This document shows, one piece after another, positions 24,922 to 38,985 of a DNA stretch of 64,000 nt. Position numbers and translations under genes: made by a program. Origin of the DNA: Azolla caroliniana (lineage: Eukaryota; Plantae; Polypodiophyta). The DNA lies in assembly GCA_043228905.1 (NCBI GenBank), contig JBHGNT010000013.1, forward strand, positions 2,666,001 to 2,730,000, read 5' to 3'. The stretch's first letter is position 1. Each line of letters starts with the position of its first letter. The notes under the pieces are model-generated. The model saw only the letters and a list, made by a program, of their open reading frames with translations. It was not told the origin of the DNA and searched no databases.

Positions 24922-27900
24922 TGTCAGAACCAAGAATAAAAGATAGAGTGATGGAAGAAGGATATAAGGGAACACGAGAAGAAAGGAACGAAATGCTAAG
25001 AGAAGAATGGGTGTATTAAGACAGAGAAAGAAAGAGAATGGATACAAGATATGTAATGAGAGCTAAAGACTGGTGTTGATTCGAATTGATTTGAGAATAC
25101 ATGTATGCTCTTATTTATAGGTTCCTATAGAATAGCTTAGAGATTTCTATAATGTTCTAGAATGTTCTAGGACATTCTAGAACATTCTAGAATGATCTAG
25201 AGTTTTTACAATAATCATTTTAATATAAAAAATAGCTTTTATCCTCTCATATGACAATAAGCTATCTTAATGGTTGAGGTTTTCAATTATGGATTACAAG
25301 GTTCGAGGTTCAAGTCCGGGTGATGCCATAATGGTCATGTGTTCATGACACTATCCCTCCTTCGAGAACGTCGAGTGGAAGTCGGCGTTAACATTGTAGG
25401 GCCGGGTTTGTTTGGATAGTGGCGATGGAGCTCGTCGACAAGAGCTTGAGCATCACAAATGTTATCGACAGGTTCCCAAGTGTGATCACTTGAAGGATAG
25501 CCAAGCCAATCAACTAGATAATAAAGCTTATTGCACACAATCTTAGAATCGAGAATAGTAGTTACCTCGTATTCGGGGCCGTCAACCAGTTGGACAAAAG
25601 GCGGCGGTGGTTCGACACGATTAGGAATTAAAGAGGTGCGGCAAGATTCCAAAAGAGAGCTATGAAAGACTGGGTGAAGCCGCATATGTGTAGGAAGGTT
25701 AAGACGAAATGTTGCATCATTAATTCGCGTTGTTATGAGAAAATGACCTAAGCGTTGATAATCAAGCTTAGCACACGGGTGGGTAGTCTTGATTTGACGA
25801 AGAAGCAACCATACACGGTCACCGACCTTAAACGGAGACTTAAGACGATGTCGATCGGCATTGGTCTTATGGTTTGCTTGCGCTTTTTGAAGATGTGAAG
25901 ATAACTCAAACTAGATTTGTTGTAGTCAGTGGAGGTGATGCACCGCACTAGGGTTTCGCGACTCCTCAGGGAGATCCAAGATACACCATCAAGGGTGGTT
26001 GCCAGTGTAGGCAAAGAAAGGTGTAACTTTGGTAGAAAAGTGTACCATGTTGTTGTATGCAAACTCGTCAAGATGTAAAATATTGCCCCAATCATCTTAT
26101 TGATAACTGATAAAGCATCTAAGATACTGCTCGAGTGTTTGATTTGTGCGCTCAGTTTGTCCTTCAATTTGTGGATGATAAGCCGAAGAGAGTTTGCAGG
26201 AGATTTTGAGGCTTGCCCATAGGTGCTTCCAAAAATGTGAGATAAATTGAGGACCTCAATCGCCAATAATATTATTTGGCAGACCACGATGGCAAAGAAA
26301 CACCTCACGCATAATGAGATCTGCAGTTTCTTCAATACTAATGATCTTTACACACGATACAAAATGTGTCATCTTTGTGAACCGATCCACTACTGTTAAA
26401 ATACTATCAAAGCCTATGGAAGGTGGCAGATCCATAATAAAATCTATAGAAATAGATTGTCATGGCTTTCTAGGAAGTGGTAATGGTTGTAGTAAGCCAT
26501 AAGGATGATGCCTGGGTATTTTGGCGCGACAGCAGGTGTCACATGTGTGAACGTAATCTTCAACAAAGTTTTGCATGTGACGCCACCAAAATGAACGTTT
26601 CACCAGCGCAATGGTCTTGGCAATACTAAAATGTCCAGCCATGGGGGCATCATGACAATGTTCTAACACTTGAAGTCGGGATGATCCGTTAGGGACGTAA
26701 AGGAGATTCTTGTAGAAGAGTAAGCCATCTTGCCACTTGAAGTCTTGATAATGTTGAGATGATCCTTGCAATGTGGAGCAAGATGGACGGCTTGAACCAA
26801 TGTGGGCTAAGACATCATTAGCGAAATCATCAGAGTGATGTTGTTGCCGAATAGTGTCAAGAAGGCTAGAATCAAGTGGCATGGCATAAATTGTTGTTGC
26901 ATGTAGCTTTGATGGCCCGAGGAGAATCTTCTTTTGATTGTTAAAGGCTGGATCTCCAGGTCGAAGAGCTACATACAAACGCCAAGACAAAGCTTTTGAT
27001 TACCCTTGTTGTTTTCCAGGGTGAAAAATGATCTTGAAATCGAAACGCGTTAGAAATTGGGTCCACCGAGCTTGTCATCTATTTAATACTCGAGTTGTTT
27101 GAAATTATGTGAGATTTTTGTGATCACTATAAATGATAATCTGATGAGGTGATGCTTCTAGAAAATGACGTCATTGCTCGAATGAGTTGACCACAGCTAG
27201 TAACTCCTTATCATGCACCTCATAGTTTATCTCCGAAATAGTAAATTTTCTTGAGTGAAACGTGATTGGATGAGTCTGCCCGTCCTCACTCCCCAATGCG
27301 AAGTTTGACGCATCCACCTCAATAGTAAATGGCTTTTCGGGATCAATATGCGCTAGGATAGGTGCTGATGTGAATGCCTCTTTCAGTAGATTAAAAGTCT
27401 TGTCCGCTTCGATACTCCAAACAAATGCTTGATTTTTCTTGGGGAGTTAGGTGAGGGGCAACACAATGCTTGAATAATTACGTATAAATTTGCGATAGAA
27501 GTTCACAAATCCGAGGAAACACTGGACGTCCCGAACTGAGCATGGGGATTTCCATTCCTATATTGTTTGTACTTTTGCCGGATCCATGAAAATACCCTTG
27601 GATGAAATAGTGTATCCCAGAAATCTGACTTGTTTCCTATCAAAATTGCATTTCTCAAGTTTGGCATAAAGACCATACTTTCTTAGGCATTCAAGTACTT
27701 TCCGCACATGTATATCATGTTGCTCCTGTGTTTTAGAGTAAATCAACAGATCATCTAGGTAGATGATGAGAAAGATATCCAAGAAATCCCGGAAAATGTC
27801 ATTTGCCATATGTTGAAATATTGCGGGTGCATTTGTGAGCCTGAAAGGCATGACAGTATACTCGAAATGACCATACCGAGCACGAAACGCAGTTTTCCAC

Positions 27901-28738
27901 TCATCTCCCGGTCGAATTCAAACAAGATTATATGCATCCCACCAATGCGTTGTCGTGAAGAAAACCGGCCTTAGGAGGAATCGATGAATAAGACGCATGA
28001 ACCGGCCCTTACGTGCGGCCACAAGTATTGATAAGATGTAAATAATTAGGAATAGGTCGGTTGATGTAAATATACTAGGTAGTACACATTTATTAGCTAG
28101 GAAATCGATGCGTATCTCTGTCCGAAGGGACTGAGAATAAAGATGATATATTCAAGATGTGACGGCCCTCCCCAATGGCCTATAAAAGAAAAGGGGAGAT
28201 GGCTGAAAGAGGTATCGCGTTTTGGGAAGGACGAGGTGTTGTCGGACTGGGAACCAAGCTCTCTCCACCTTTATCGTTGTTCTCTACGGGTTTTGGGATG
28301 GTTGCCTCTGCTTCGAGGAAAGCCCGAGTGCTTCTGGCAGGGCTCCACCGTGTGCGTGTGTGTGTGTGGTCACCTGTGTTGGGTCTGTTGCCGGCTTGCC
28401 GGTTGTAATCTTGCAAACGCTATAATCTTTCTTATTATTGGAATCGATTCTCCTGTTTTCTATCCCTCTGTGTTTCTGTGAGTCTCTTGTTACGTCGTAC
28501 GATGAGCGTGCATCTTGACCGATCGGTGTATGCGTTCGCGATTCAGTCAACTGGTAAGCATTGTCGGTTGTAATCAGGCCTAGCCGGCTCTACGCCTGCG
28601 TACTTCTCCCTCCGTCTTCTTTCTCTTGCTCCTCAGTTCAGGGCCCCCGCAATCCTGCCTTATTTTCCTACACGTGAGCGGAACAACACGACATATTTGG
28701 TGAACCTGACGTGAAACAAGGCGACAGAGGAGTCGAAG

Positions 28739-29581
28739 ATGAGTGTATCAGAGCTAGCCGAAGCCATGGCGACAGTCGTTGATCGGATAGTAAGTGCTTG
28801 CGAGGGGACAGGCACCCTCGACAGGGCCATCGAAACGATTGTCGGCACTATAGGCCGGTTCAGCGAGAAGAACATCACGAGCTATTTAGAGGCCTACCAA
28901 GCCGAGATGGTGATGAGGGACATCCCGGAGGATAGGCGACTGGCCAGATTCCCTCAGGTGGCAACGCTGGGCATCCACGCAGAGGTGCTCAAGGTACAGG
29001 CTGGGTGCCGGGCCTGGAGAGAATTTGAAGGTCGGCTCCTCGAGAAGTACGGACTCGATGACGCGCTTCAGTTATCGAAGCGGGACTTCATGGAGTGGGT
29101 GGAGACCCCAAAAAAGGGGAGGAACGCGTTGGCGCTCCTCCGGGATTTTGAGGAACGCTTCGCACGGCTTTCGGCACTAGACAGGACCGTGCTAGACACG
29201 AGTCGTGTCTTGTTGTTCATCAAAGCGGTGGACGTGCAGGACCAGGAGCAAGTGGGTCTCTTGCTGGAGACAGATGACGGGTTGACGGCCGACTGGGCTG
29301 TGGTAAAAAGAGTCTGCAGCCGTTTCAATAAACGGAGTGAATGGGGCGATGAGGGTTCGTCGACGACAAGACCCATTCCGACAAGGAAGTTCGAGGAACC
29401 TTCGCCGGCACGAAGGGAGGAAACCCGGGTTTCGTTTGAGACAAGCTTGACCTCAACCAGCGTGGTCAAAGGCCCATCCGAATGTACGTGTGACCACAGA
29501 TGGGCCTTTGACCACGGAGGCCTGCCCGAATGTATGTGTGAAAATCGACGATGTCGAGATTGATCAACACTTCTTTGTGCA
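28739..29581 (+). pseudogene. Outer Phygy-like gag, deleted into the protease region (continues at 37738-37897 and 46231-46272)
   Basis: GRFSEKNITSYL and LLETDDGLTADW are homologous to 38986-41181. Confidence 0.85.
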
Positions 29582-29627
29582 TGTTACCCGGACAAGTATA
29601 GATACGTCGGAGTCAGAAGGATGTTCG

Positions 29628-32600
29628 AGCAAGTGATTGATAAGGCAATCGATGTGGGCCGACAGCCAATAAATGTACGGAGTATGGATATGTCAGCACT
29701 AAATCGTACATTGCCAAGGATGGAGGAGTTACAATTTCGACAAGTAGTTCAGTGTACTACTTGTTTAAATACCGGTCATTCGACGATCAAATGTAGTCTG
29801 CGAACACATTGCACAATATGTCATTCTAAACTTCATTCGGTCAAGCAATGTGAGTATAACTTGCTTAATAAGACGACAGCTCCGGTAAGATAGCTTTTTC
29901 CAAAAAACAGGTATCACAATAATCAAAATTCGTTCAATAATGGATACCAACAAAATAGTTTTCCACAAGGTCAACAAAATATTTTTCAAAAAACTCAAAC
30001 CTTTCAGCAAAATAAATTCCAGCAGAATCCAGCTTTTCAACAAAATAATCAGTCTTTCCATCAAAGTAATTTTCAGCACAATCAAGATTTTCCACAAAAT
30101 CAAGAATTCTCGATACCACCGAATATGCATCAACAATAGCAAAATGGAGGACGGTTTAAGCAGAACCGGTATAAAAATAAAAATTCTACAAGCCAAAAGC
30201 CTCACGACAGTTTCAGCAATCGCCGAATGATGGTCAACAGTTTATGCAAAATGATGGGACTAGTCAGTTTGAGCAAGGCAAGGGAAGTGGAACGTTTGTT
30301 CCTACTTGCTATATTTGCCGTCAAACTGGTCATTATGCTAATCAGTGCCCTGCTAAAGGAAAAGGACCGGCGGTTAATATGGTTATACCGGAAATACAGC
30401 AAGTAACCACTAGAAGCAAAAGTAAACAATCCGAGTGGGAGATTCAGGAAGTAGTCTGGAAAGCAGCCAAGGAATGGGAAGAGGAAGCAAACAAAAAAAA
30501 TGTAAACCGGATGCTCCAAGATAATAAAATTAACCAAGCTACTGAATTACCAGGAGTGATTGTTGTACCAAAACAAGAGGAAGCTTGGAAGCTCTTGGCA
30601 GACTGCCAAGTCTCATTACCACTGACCGGATTACTTAAGATGGTCCCTAGATTTACCGAAAAAGTGGCGACATTGATTGCCCAAAAGGGGTCAGAACAAG
30701 TATCGGTACACTATAGTCAGCCGAGCACCAGCCCTTCAATCATGGATGAGCAAAATCCATCAATTAAAGTAATAATTCCGGGTCAGGAAATCAAAAATAC
30801 AATTATCGATGGGGGCTTAGGAGTAAATGTAATTAATAAAACCACTTGTGATAGGTTGGGAATTACTAAATGGGAAGCTTGCCCATTTTGGCTCAGAATG
30901 GCGGATACCACTACGGTACGACCAATTGGTTTACTCCGCCAATTAGAGGTGGTATTGGGTGGTCATAGTTTTCTAATATCGGCAATAATACTTCATTTGG
31001 AAGCTCCTGGTGCATATCCTTTGTTATTAGGGCGACTGTGGTTAAAGACTGCAACATCAAGCAGAATTGGAATCAGAATCAACTAACATTCAGAAAAGGC
31101 AAAACGAAAATCCAGGTTTCGACACAGAACAAGGTTGCGACAAGCAAACAATGTTTGCCTGTGTATGTTGAGTCTATCAATATGTTGGAAGGATTAGAGG
31201 AGGTCGAAGAAAATCAGTATTTTGATGATAATCCGAAAATCATTCCTTTGTTCAAAGTAGATATTTTACAAGCCTTGAGGCCATATGTGGATTCCCATGA
31301 GGAATTGCCAATAGATGAGCAAGCAATGAAGGAAATACGACTCCAGCAAGAAGCTACCGATAGAGAGATGAAGGTGTCCCAACGAGTTCAAGCTTCAACA
31401 TTGGAGGAAATAAATTTGGCAGAAGAAGATGGGGACAATGAGGTGAAAACAGTACTCATTGCTAAGGATATGATAGAAGCGGACAAACAAAGGTTAACAA
31501 CATTATTAAAGCAATATAAGGATGTCTTTGCCTGGTCTTTTGAAGATATGATGGGACTAGATCCAGCTTTTTCTCACCATCAAATCAACTTGCATAAGGA
31601 TGCAAAGCCAGTTCAACAATGCAGGTACCGATAAAATCCTAATTATGCTATTAAAGTTAAAGAAGAAATAGATAAACTTTTGAAAGTAGGGTTTATTCGT
31701 CCGGTGAAAAAATCGACATGGTTAAGTCCAATCGTCGTAGTTCCGAAAAAGAATGGAAAAATTCGAGTATGTGTCGACTACCGGAAACTAAATGCGGCTA
31801 TCGTTACAGATGCGTTTCCATTACCATTTACGGATGGTATATTGGATGCGGTAGCTGGCCATGACGTATATAGTTTCCTAGATGGTTTTAGTGGTTATAA
31901 TCAGGTTTGGATGAATCCAGAAGATCAAGAAAAGACAACTTTTGTTATAGAATGGGGAGTGTTTGTAGCAGTAGTAATGATGTTTGGCTTGAAGACCGCT
32001 CCGACGACATTTCAAAGAGTGATACAGGAAATATTTGGGAATTACATTCCTGCCTTTATGCAAGTATTTTTGGATGATTTTGTTGTTTATAGTCGGAAAA
32101 CCAAACATTTTGAGCATTTACAACTATGCTTGGAGAAATCTCGGGAAGGACGGCTTAGTTTAAATCCGGCGAAATTTGCAATTGGGGATCACTAGTGGCA
32201 CATTATTAGGCCATATTGTCAGTCGGGAAGGAATTGTAGTGGACTCTGACAAGGTTAAGGCCATACTGGAAGCACCGGCACCCACAAATGCTAAAGTTCT
32301 CAGTCGGTTTTTGGGACAGATTAGATGGCACAGCCGAATGATAAGATATCTTGCGGATATCACCATTCCCTTGCATACAGCAGTACACAAAGTTCCTTTT
32401 CAGTGGACAAGCGTGGAACAGGATGCATATGATTGTCTGAAGAAAATGTTGTCCAAAGTTCCAGTTGTTCAACCACCTGACTGGAATAAGCCATTCCACG
32501 TTTTTGTCGACGCATCGGACATCGTAATCGGAAGTGCATTAATGCAGTTAACCGAACCGAATTGGTACAAGCCAGTTTACAATGCTAGTCGGAAACTCTC

Positions 32601-34271
32601 GACAACATAAAGAAATTACTCTACCACTGAGAGGGAAGCTTTAGGAATGATATATAGTGTCAATAAATTTCGACACTATCTTTTGGGGAAAAAGTTTACA
32701 TTTCATGTTGATCATTCAGCTCTTCTTTATTTGGTCTCGAAAAAAGAGTTAACTGGCAAGTTAGCAAGATGGACTCTTCTACTCCAAGAATTCGAATTCG
32801 ACATTTTACATCAGCCAGGAGTACAACATGCAGTGGCCGATTATCTCAGTCGACTGGAATCAGGAGAAGAAGGCAGAGGTGTCAAGGATGATTTTCCGGA
32901 TGGTCTGCTTTTTCGAGTGGAAGCAGTAAAGGCACAAGGTTTAAATGAAGAAAGTGAGGATGGTTGGATCTCATAAATGACAATCTTTCTTACAACAGGG
33001 TTACCACCCAAACATCTATTAGCAGACGAAAGGAAAAGGTTGGCAGTACGGAGTCATAATTTTTTTCTTTTAAACGACACTTTGTATCATAAAGGACCAG
33101 ATGGTATTTGGAGAAGAACAATACGACAATTCGAAAAATCGGTCATTCTTCGGGAATCGCATTGTGGAATTGCAAGTGGACACTATGCTAGAGAAACTAC
33201 GAGAAGAAAAATATGGAACAGTGGCTTATGGTGACCGACAGTGATGAAGGATGCAGTCAAATATTGTCGGAAATGTGATTTATGCCAACATATGGGACAA
33301 CCAACAGAAACGGACCGAATGCCGTTTCAACCTGTGTTACCTCTTGAACCTTTCCAGAAATGGGGTTTGGATTTTGTAGGCCCATTCAAATCGGCAACAA
33401 TAAGAATAGGCAATAGATATATTATAGTGGCTATTGACTACTGTGCGAAGTGGGTAGAAGCTAAAGCTCTTAGGGATAATACGGCAGCTTCAACAGCAAA
33501 AAATTTGTACGAAAGTATATGGTGTCGATTCGGCTGCCCAATAGAATTAGTGAGCAATCATGGTACGCATTTCATTAACAAACATGTTCATGAATTGTCT
33601 ACCTACTATGTAGTGGTTCATAAGAAAAGCACGCCTTACTATCCACAAGCGAATGGATTGGCAGAGTCAACAAACAAAACCCTACAGATGATACTCAAGA
33701 AGATAGTAAATTAGAATCGTACAGACTGGGATCAAAAGTTGCATAGTGCTTTATGGGCATATCACACGTCTACAAAACATCTATTAAGTCAACACCTTTC
33801 CGAATGGCTTTTGGATTAGAGGCAGTTATGCCAATCGAATTCCACATTTCGACACTCTGAATACAAGCAACCGAAAAATTAAATGAACTTCAGTCGGAGC
33901 AAATTCGGAAAGAATCTTTATTGCTATTAGAAGAGGACCGAATACAAGCTATGACAGCTTTGGAGCACAAGCAAAGACAAACGAAGGCATTTGTAAATCG
34001 ACACCAACGAAAAACCAAAGCTCAATTCGGAATCGAGAAACCAGTACTGATTTTCTAGACCAAGATGGGGGCAATGCCAAGAAAACTTCGGTATAGATGG
34101 ACGGGACCAGTTTGGATCGTGAATAGTAAAAATGGTACGTATCAACTAGGAGCCCTATCAAGTGAGATTTTACCGAAATGGGTAAATGGTTTCCGGCTTA
34201 AACCATATCATGGACACATACCGAAAAACCCTTTCAAGGCTGAATCGGAAGAAAAGTATAAAATAAAATAA
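29628..34271 (+). pseudogene. gag (three CCHC knuckles), PR, RT, RH, INT; disrupted
   Basis: IIDGG, RVCVDYRKLN, FLDGFSGYNQ, FLDD, VDASD, KWGLDFVGP and WTGP motifs. Confidence 0.9.
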
Positions 34272-34532
34272 AAAATAAAAAAAACTATAAACTTTAAAAA
34301 AAAAACTAACTATAGAATATTTTCTTGCCAAATCATAACTAACTATCACGAAGAGATTCTTGGAGTAATTTCAAAAGGCTATAAGTAAAAGTAGTGGAGG
34401 CATATTTCTATTAGTCATTATTACTATTTTTAGCCATCACTCCACTAGTACGCCTAGTCATTACAACATTAATAGTACTTTTATTCCCTAGGCATCATGC
34501 AAAAAATTAATCTCTTAAAACCTATTTCTGTA

Positions 34533-37218
34533 ATGACTGTTTCACCACAGAAGCAGAAACGCATTCGAGCTCACAAGTTTTATGATTTTAGTTGCCATAC
34601 CCATAGTGTTTCTCACAGCCACCACTGAGTGACGATCTATCAATCGACAACAACAACATGCCGATTGTTGTGTCTGACAACTTGCGTCGTTGGCTCGTTC
34701 GCAATAAGTTATAGGGTTTTTTTAAAGTCGTAGAAGCAGAGCCGCACTCGAATGCGGAAGCTCTATTGGCAGAAATCGATGTCTCGACGATCACGAATAA
34801 GAAGGTAAGAGCTATGTTGGAGATGCCAAGAGTCGGGTTCGACGTTGTCAACAAGGTCAAAGAGGATGTTTTGCGGTCCTACTTCGGTGAATACTCGCCC
34901 TCTGCCAAAGCGTATCAGACACAAGGAGGTAGGGACGTGTTTTTTCATGAAGTTGCAAAAATTTTATTGGAAGTAGGGTTTGTTAGTCTGAGATTCTACT
35001 CTATGCCCAAAAAGAGGGTCAGATTTATTATCGCCGCTTATGAAGGCGAAGATTTCGATTGGGGGCTACTATCGGCAGATGCTCTGAGAGAGCAACTGAA
35101 CGGAGTTCAAAAAGGAAAACCAATGAAGCCAATTTTTGCTCGTTGATTGTCGGTATTATTTCCAACTTCAGAGCCGGAAAACCAATCAGAGGTGCGTCGG
35201 CCACCTCAGGTACAGTCATCCCGAACCCGACGACAAGTCCAACAGGAAGAGTGGAGGGAAGAAGAATCGACGCAAGATGATACCACTCAGACCGAATTTG
35301 ACCAGCCGGATCCAAGGCACCAACAAGAATTGGAACAACAACAGTCGACGCAGTCTCAACAGTCGATACCGCAACCCGAACCTACCCAGCAACCGCCGAC
35401 TCAACCGCCGGAGTTCAACCACAGAGCATGCAACAACAAGGGACGACAAATGAGCAACCGTCACAACGGCAGGAATCGAGACGAGTCGACATTGACCAGC
35501 AACCGCCGAAGCAACGCAGGGTGAAACAACGGTCCCAAAGATACTCTAGTCTAGAGCAAGAACAACCTGTGCAGAAGAAAAAGAAAACAAACGATCAAGC
35601 CGCCCAGAGCACACAAGTACCTCGTGTCAATCTAGATGACACGTCACGAGTTCAAAAAGGGTAGGCATCAATGGCAACGGTGCAAGAGGCACTCGGTTTT
35701 TCCGACATCCCGGCAGCAGCACATGAGCTAGCTGCCATTCTGCAGTTCGGAACATCATATGAACTGGTAGAATGGTTAACTAAAAGATTTCAAGAAGTGT
35801 CGGAAAGAATGGCGCAAGAGCACAGAGATCAAATAGTGATCCAAAAGTCATTATGTGGAGCTGTCGAACCAAACGACCAAGCGGAAGTGGATAGAATTGG
35901 TCGACAGCGAAATGCTAAAAATAGAGGTGAAGCCATTCAGATGCCACCATTACATGAGGCATTGGTGGAAGTCCACCGAGAATATGAAAAGGCTAGCAGA
36001 GCGGCCAGGGATATGGCCGAATTATACAAACAGGCTACAATAGCTGCAGATGTGCTTAATGCACAGTATAAACGGACGCAGGCAGACAATCGGCAGTTGA
36101 AGAATAAACTACAAGAAGAACAGGCTCTAGAAAAAATGAGAGAACAAATATTACAACCAGAGTCACAAAGACAACCTTTGGAGACGGATTCGGAATTACA
36201 AAAGAGGTTGGACCAAGCCGAAAAAGCACGAAGGGAGGCAGAAATTAGGGCAGAAAAGACCGAGGACAGGTCCAGAGAGATGGAGCCTCGATTACAGTCG
36301 GCAAAAACGGCGGCCGATAGATCTTTGGGGGAAAAAGATAATGTAATACAAGAATTACGTCGGCAGTTAGCCCAATAGCAAGAGGCTACAAGGCAACAAG
36401 TCGAGGAACTGGAAGAGTATTTCACAACACAGTTGGCTGGTAAAGACAAACTGATAGACGAAATCAACGAAAAAATAATCCAACAACAGAACGACTGGAA
36501 TGAAGAGAATGCGAAGCTGGAAAACCAATTAACGGTCTCCAAGAAAAGGCGACTTGACCTCTTAGTGGCACAAGCTAAACTGATGCAGGCAGAAGGACAT
36601 ACCAATGTGGTAATCATTGATTTGCGGAAAACATTGGCAATAGCACAGTTTGAGGCTAGAATGACTCAGGATAGGGTTCAAGCGATCATTAGACGTTACC
36701 GAATTAACACCCTAAAATTGGTCAATGAATCGCTAGAGAAGGGTTGGCAAACATGGTCGGCGCAAGCCGCAAAGCTTCATCTATTAAGAGCCGATAGAGA
36801 AAATAGGAAAGTTCAGGACAAAGGCTTCCTCAAGATGTCGGAGGAAGCAATGGCAACAATTCAGGAATATATTGCTAAGGACCTATACAACATGGCGGCT
36901 TATTTTAAAGAAGAAACTAACTGAGTCATGCAGGAATTCGACAAGCATGATGTCGAGACATCTGTCAAGTTAGACAATATCGAAACCGAAAGAATAACCA
37001 AAACACCTAGACTCGGAGCACCGGAGTTAGCAGAGCCAAGACCATCAACTGAAGAAACCTGCCAGGTAAATGACGGGGAGGACACCGAAGATGAAGATGA
37101 AGACGACGTAGGTGTGGCAACACAGGAATCAGAACCCTCCTTATTCGACATTTTACAGGACGACGCAGACGATGATTTGGAGATGGAGGAAGATCTTTCC
37201 TCCGAGCGACAGGAGTAA
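34533..37218 (+). pseudogene. Additional 3' ORF in the env position (about 890 codons when rejoined): globular N-terminus, Q/P-rich linker, coiled coil, acidic tail
   Basis: Consecutive sense ORFs 34766-35146, 35147-35524, 35671-36378, 36433-36924 and 36928-37218 between integrase and the 3' LTR. Confidence 0.75.
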
Positions 37219-38926
37219 AGGGTTTTGTGGGTTCGCCAGACAACGTCCTGGCCCACGAGCATGCCAAGTGTTACACGGACAAGTATAGATACGTCGGAGT
37301 CGAAAGGATGTTCGAAGTCGAAGTCGAAGTCGGATCGACAGTTCGGATCGATGACTCAGCAAATAGCTGTATAAGACATAGTTAGTTACGAAGTTTTGTA
37401 ATTCTTGATAATTATAGGCAATAGGATTTCTTGATTAGAAAAAGACCTTCGGGTTACCTATAAAAGGAAACCAAAGGCATTGTAAACATCTATCGTCGTA
37501 TTTAGTAATATAAAGTTTGGTTAGGAAATCTCTGTGTACGGATTGCTTCTTGCCCTCTAGTCTTTCTGTCTAAACTATATTACATAAGTCACGATCTCGG
37601 TGTCTGTTATCACTGATAAGTTTACAGATAATTCGTATTTATTTGTTTAACCGCAACTTCTTCATAGAACGTTCGGTACGAACGTTCATCTTATACTATG
37701 TCGGCAAAATAGCAATTGTCGACCAAACAACAGTGCAGGAGACATCCTCTTACTCAGTGATACTCGGCGAACCGTACATTACGACAGCACACATGGAGAC
37801 AAAGGTGCTAGATAATGTTTCAGCGTACACACGCGTGAAGAGCCAAGATGGGCGACACTCCGTCCAATTTCTGACAATGCGACCAAACCATAAGCGTTGT
37901 CATGAAGATTTTCGGCAATAGTGTGAAAATCCCATAAAACGTACGAAATCGAGTATAAATCACGTAATACAATAATTGTGAAGATAACATTTTTAATATC
38001 TAAGTACAAAATGATGGAGGTTTCGAATGCACTTTATTACACGAGAAATGGACAACTAAATGTCAAGATATGAGGGTATAAAGTTTGTGAAAAGAAAAGA
38101 GAAAATTGTGAGATATCCCACATAGGCACGACAAATACGGCTCTCATCATATATAAGGTGGAGCAAAAGATATTATCTTTGTGTCTATGTGTGGAGCATA
38201 GAGAGTTCAAGGTAACTTGAACTAAGAGTGGAGGTGGCTAGCTACTCGTAAAGGGTTTTGGCCAACCAAAACCGGACCGGCGATGGAGCCGGTGATTTGA
38301 CGGCATCCGACCGCAATCCGGCGGCGGCACCGGTATCCGACGACGGCATCCGGCGGCATCCGGCGGCGGCACCAATATCCGGCGAGGCACCGGCGTCCGG
38401 CGACTAGATAAATAAATATATAAATATATATACATATTTACATATACAAGGAGGGCAAGTATGGATTCAAACCTTGCACCTCCAAGTTAGGAGTCAATTG
38501 GCTTACCATTAAGCCATGCTATTTAGTTAAAATTATATTTCTATCATTGTACTTTTACATGTAAATTCTCATACATGAAAGCTAAAATGAGTGACATGGT
38601 TAGCATGCACCACATGTAATACTTAAGCGCCAAATGGCAAACATGCAATTTATGCATGTCTTGTACCCTCACATGCATCATATGCATGAGAGCATCTATA
38701 AAAGAGGGAAGGGGGAGGAGAAAAAAACACGGTTTTTTTTATGAAAATTAAGAGGAAGAAATTTGTTATGAAATCAATCGTGTAATCTCAACTTCTCTCT
38801 TTCCCAATCTATCTTAAGTACTTTCTCGCCAAAGCTTGTATCGACTCTAAATCCTTCTGATCCAGAACCCCGGCGGTTCCGCCTCACGATCCGCACGTAG
38901 TGACGGATCTTCATGACATAATTAAG

Positions 38927-38943
38927 TGGTGAACCCGACGTGA
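38927..38943 (+). promoter_or_regulatory. Primer-binding site complementary to the 3' end of plant tRNA-Trp
   Basis: TGGTGAACCCGACGTGA; the outer element has a variant at 28698. Confidence 0.8.
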
Positions 38944-38985
38944 AAGAGGCGGTAGGAAGGATCAAGTCGAGATTAATACTTGGAG

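Larger units (their letters stand above)
29582..37732 (+). mobile_element. Ty3/Gypsy non-chromovirus (Athila/Tat-like) element with an extra 3' ORF; 5' LTR largely deleted
   Basis: 3' LTR 37269-37732. Only about 46 bp of the 5' LTR remain at 29582. TSD GTGCA/GTGCA restores the host sequence HFFVQET. Confidence 0.9.

Noticed and set aside
38270-38405. CCGG/CGGC-rich tract as a CpG island or ORF
   Set aside because: A short internal LTR repeat that varies in length between the two LTRs; no function can be supported from the sequence.
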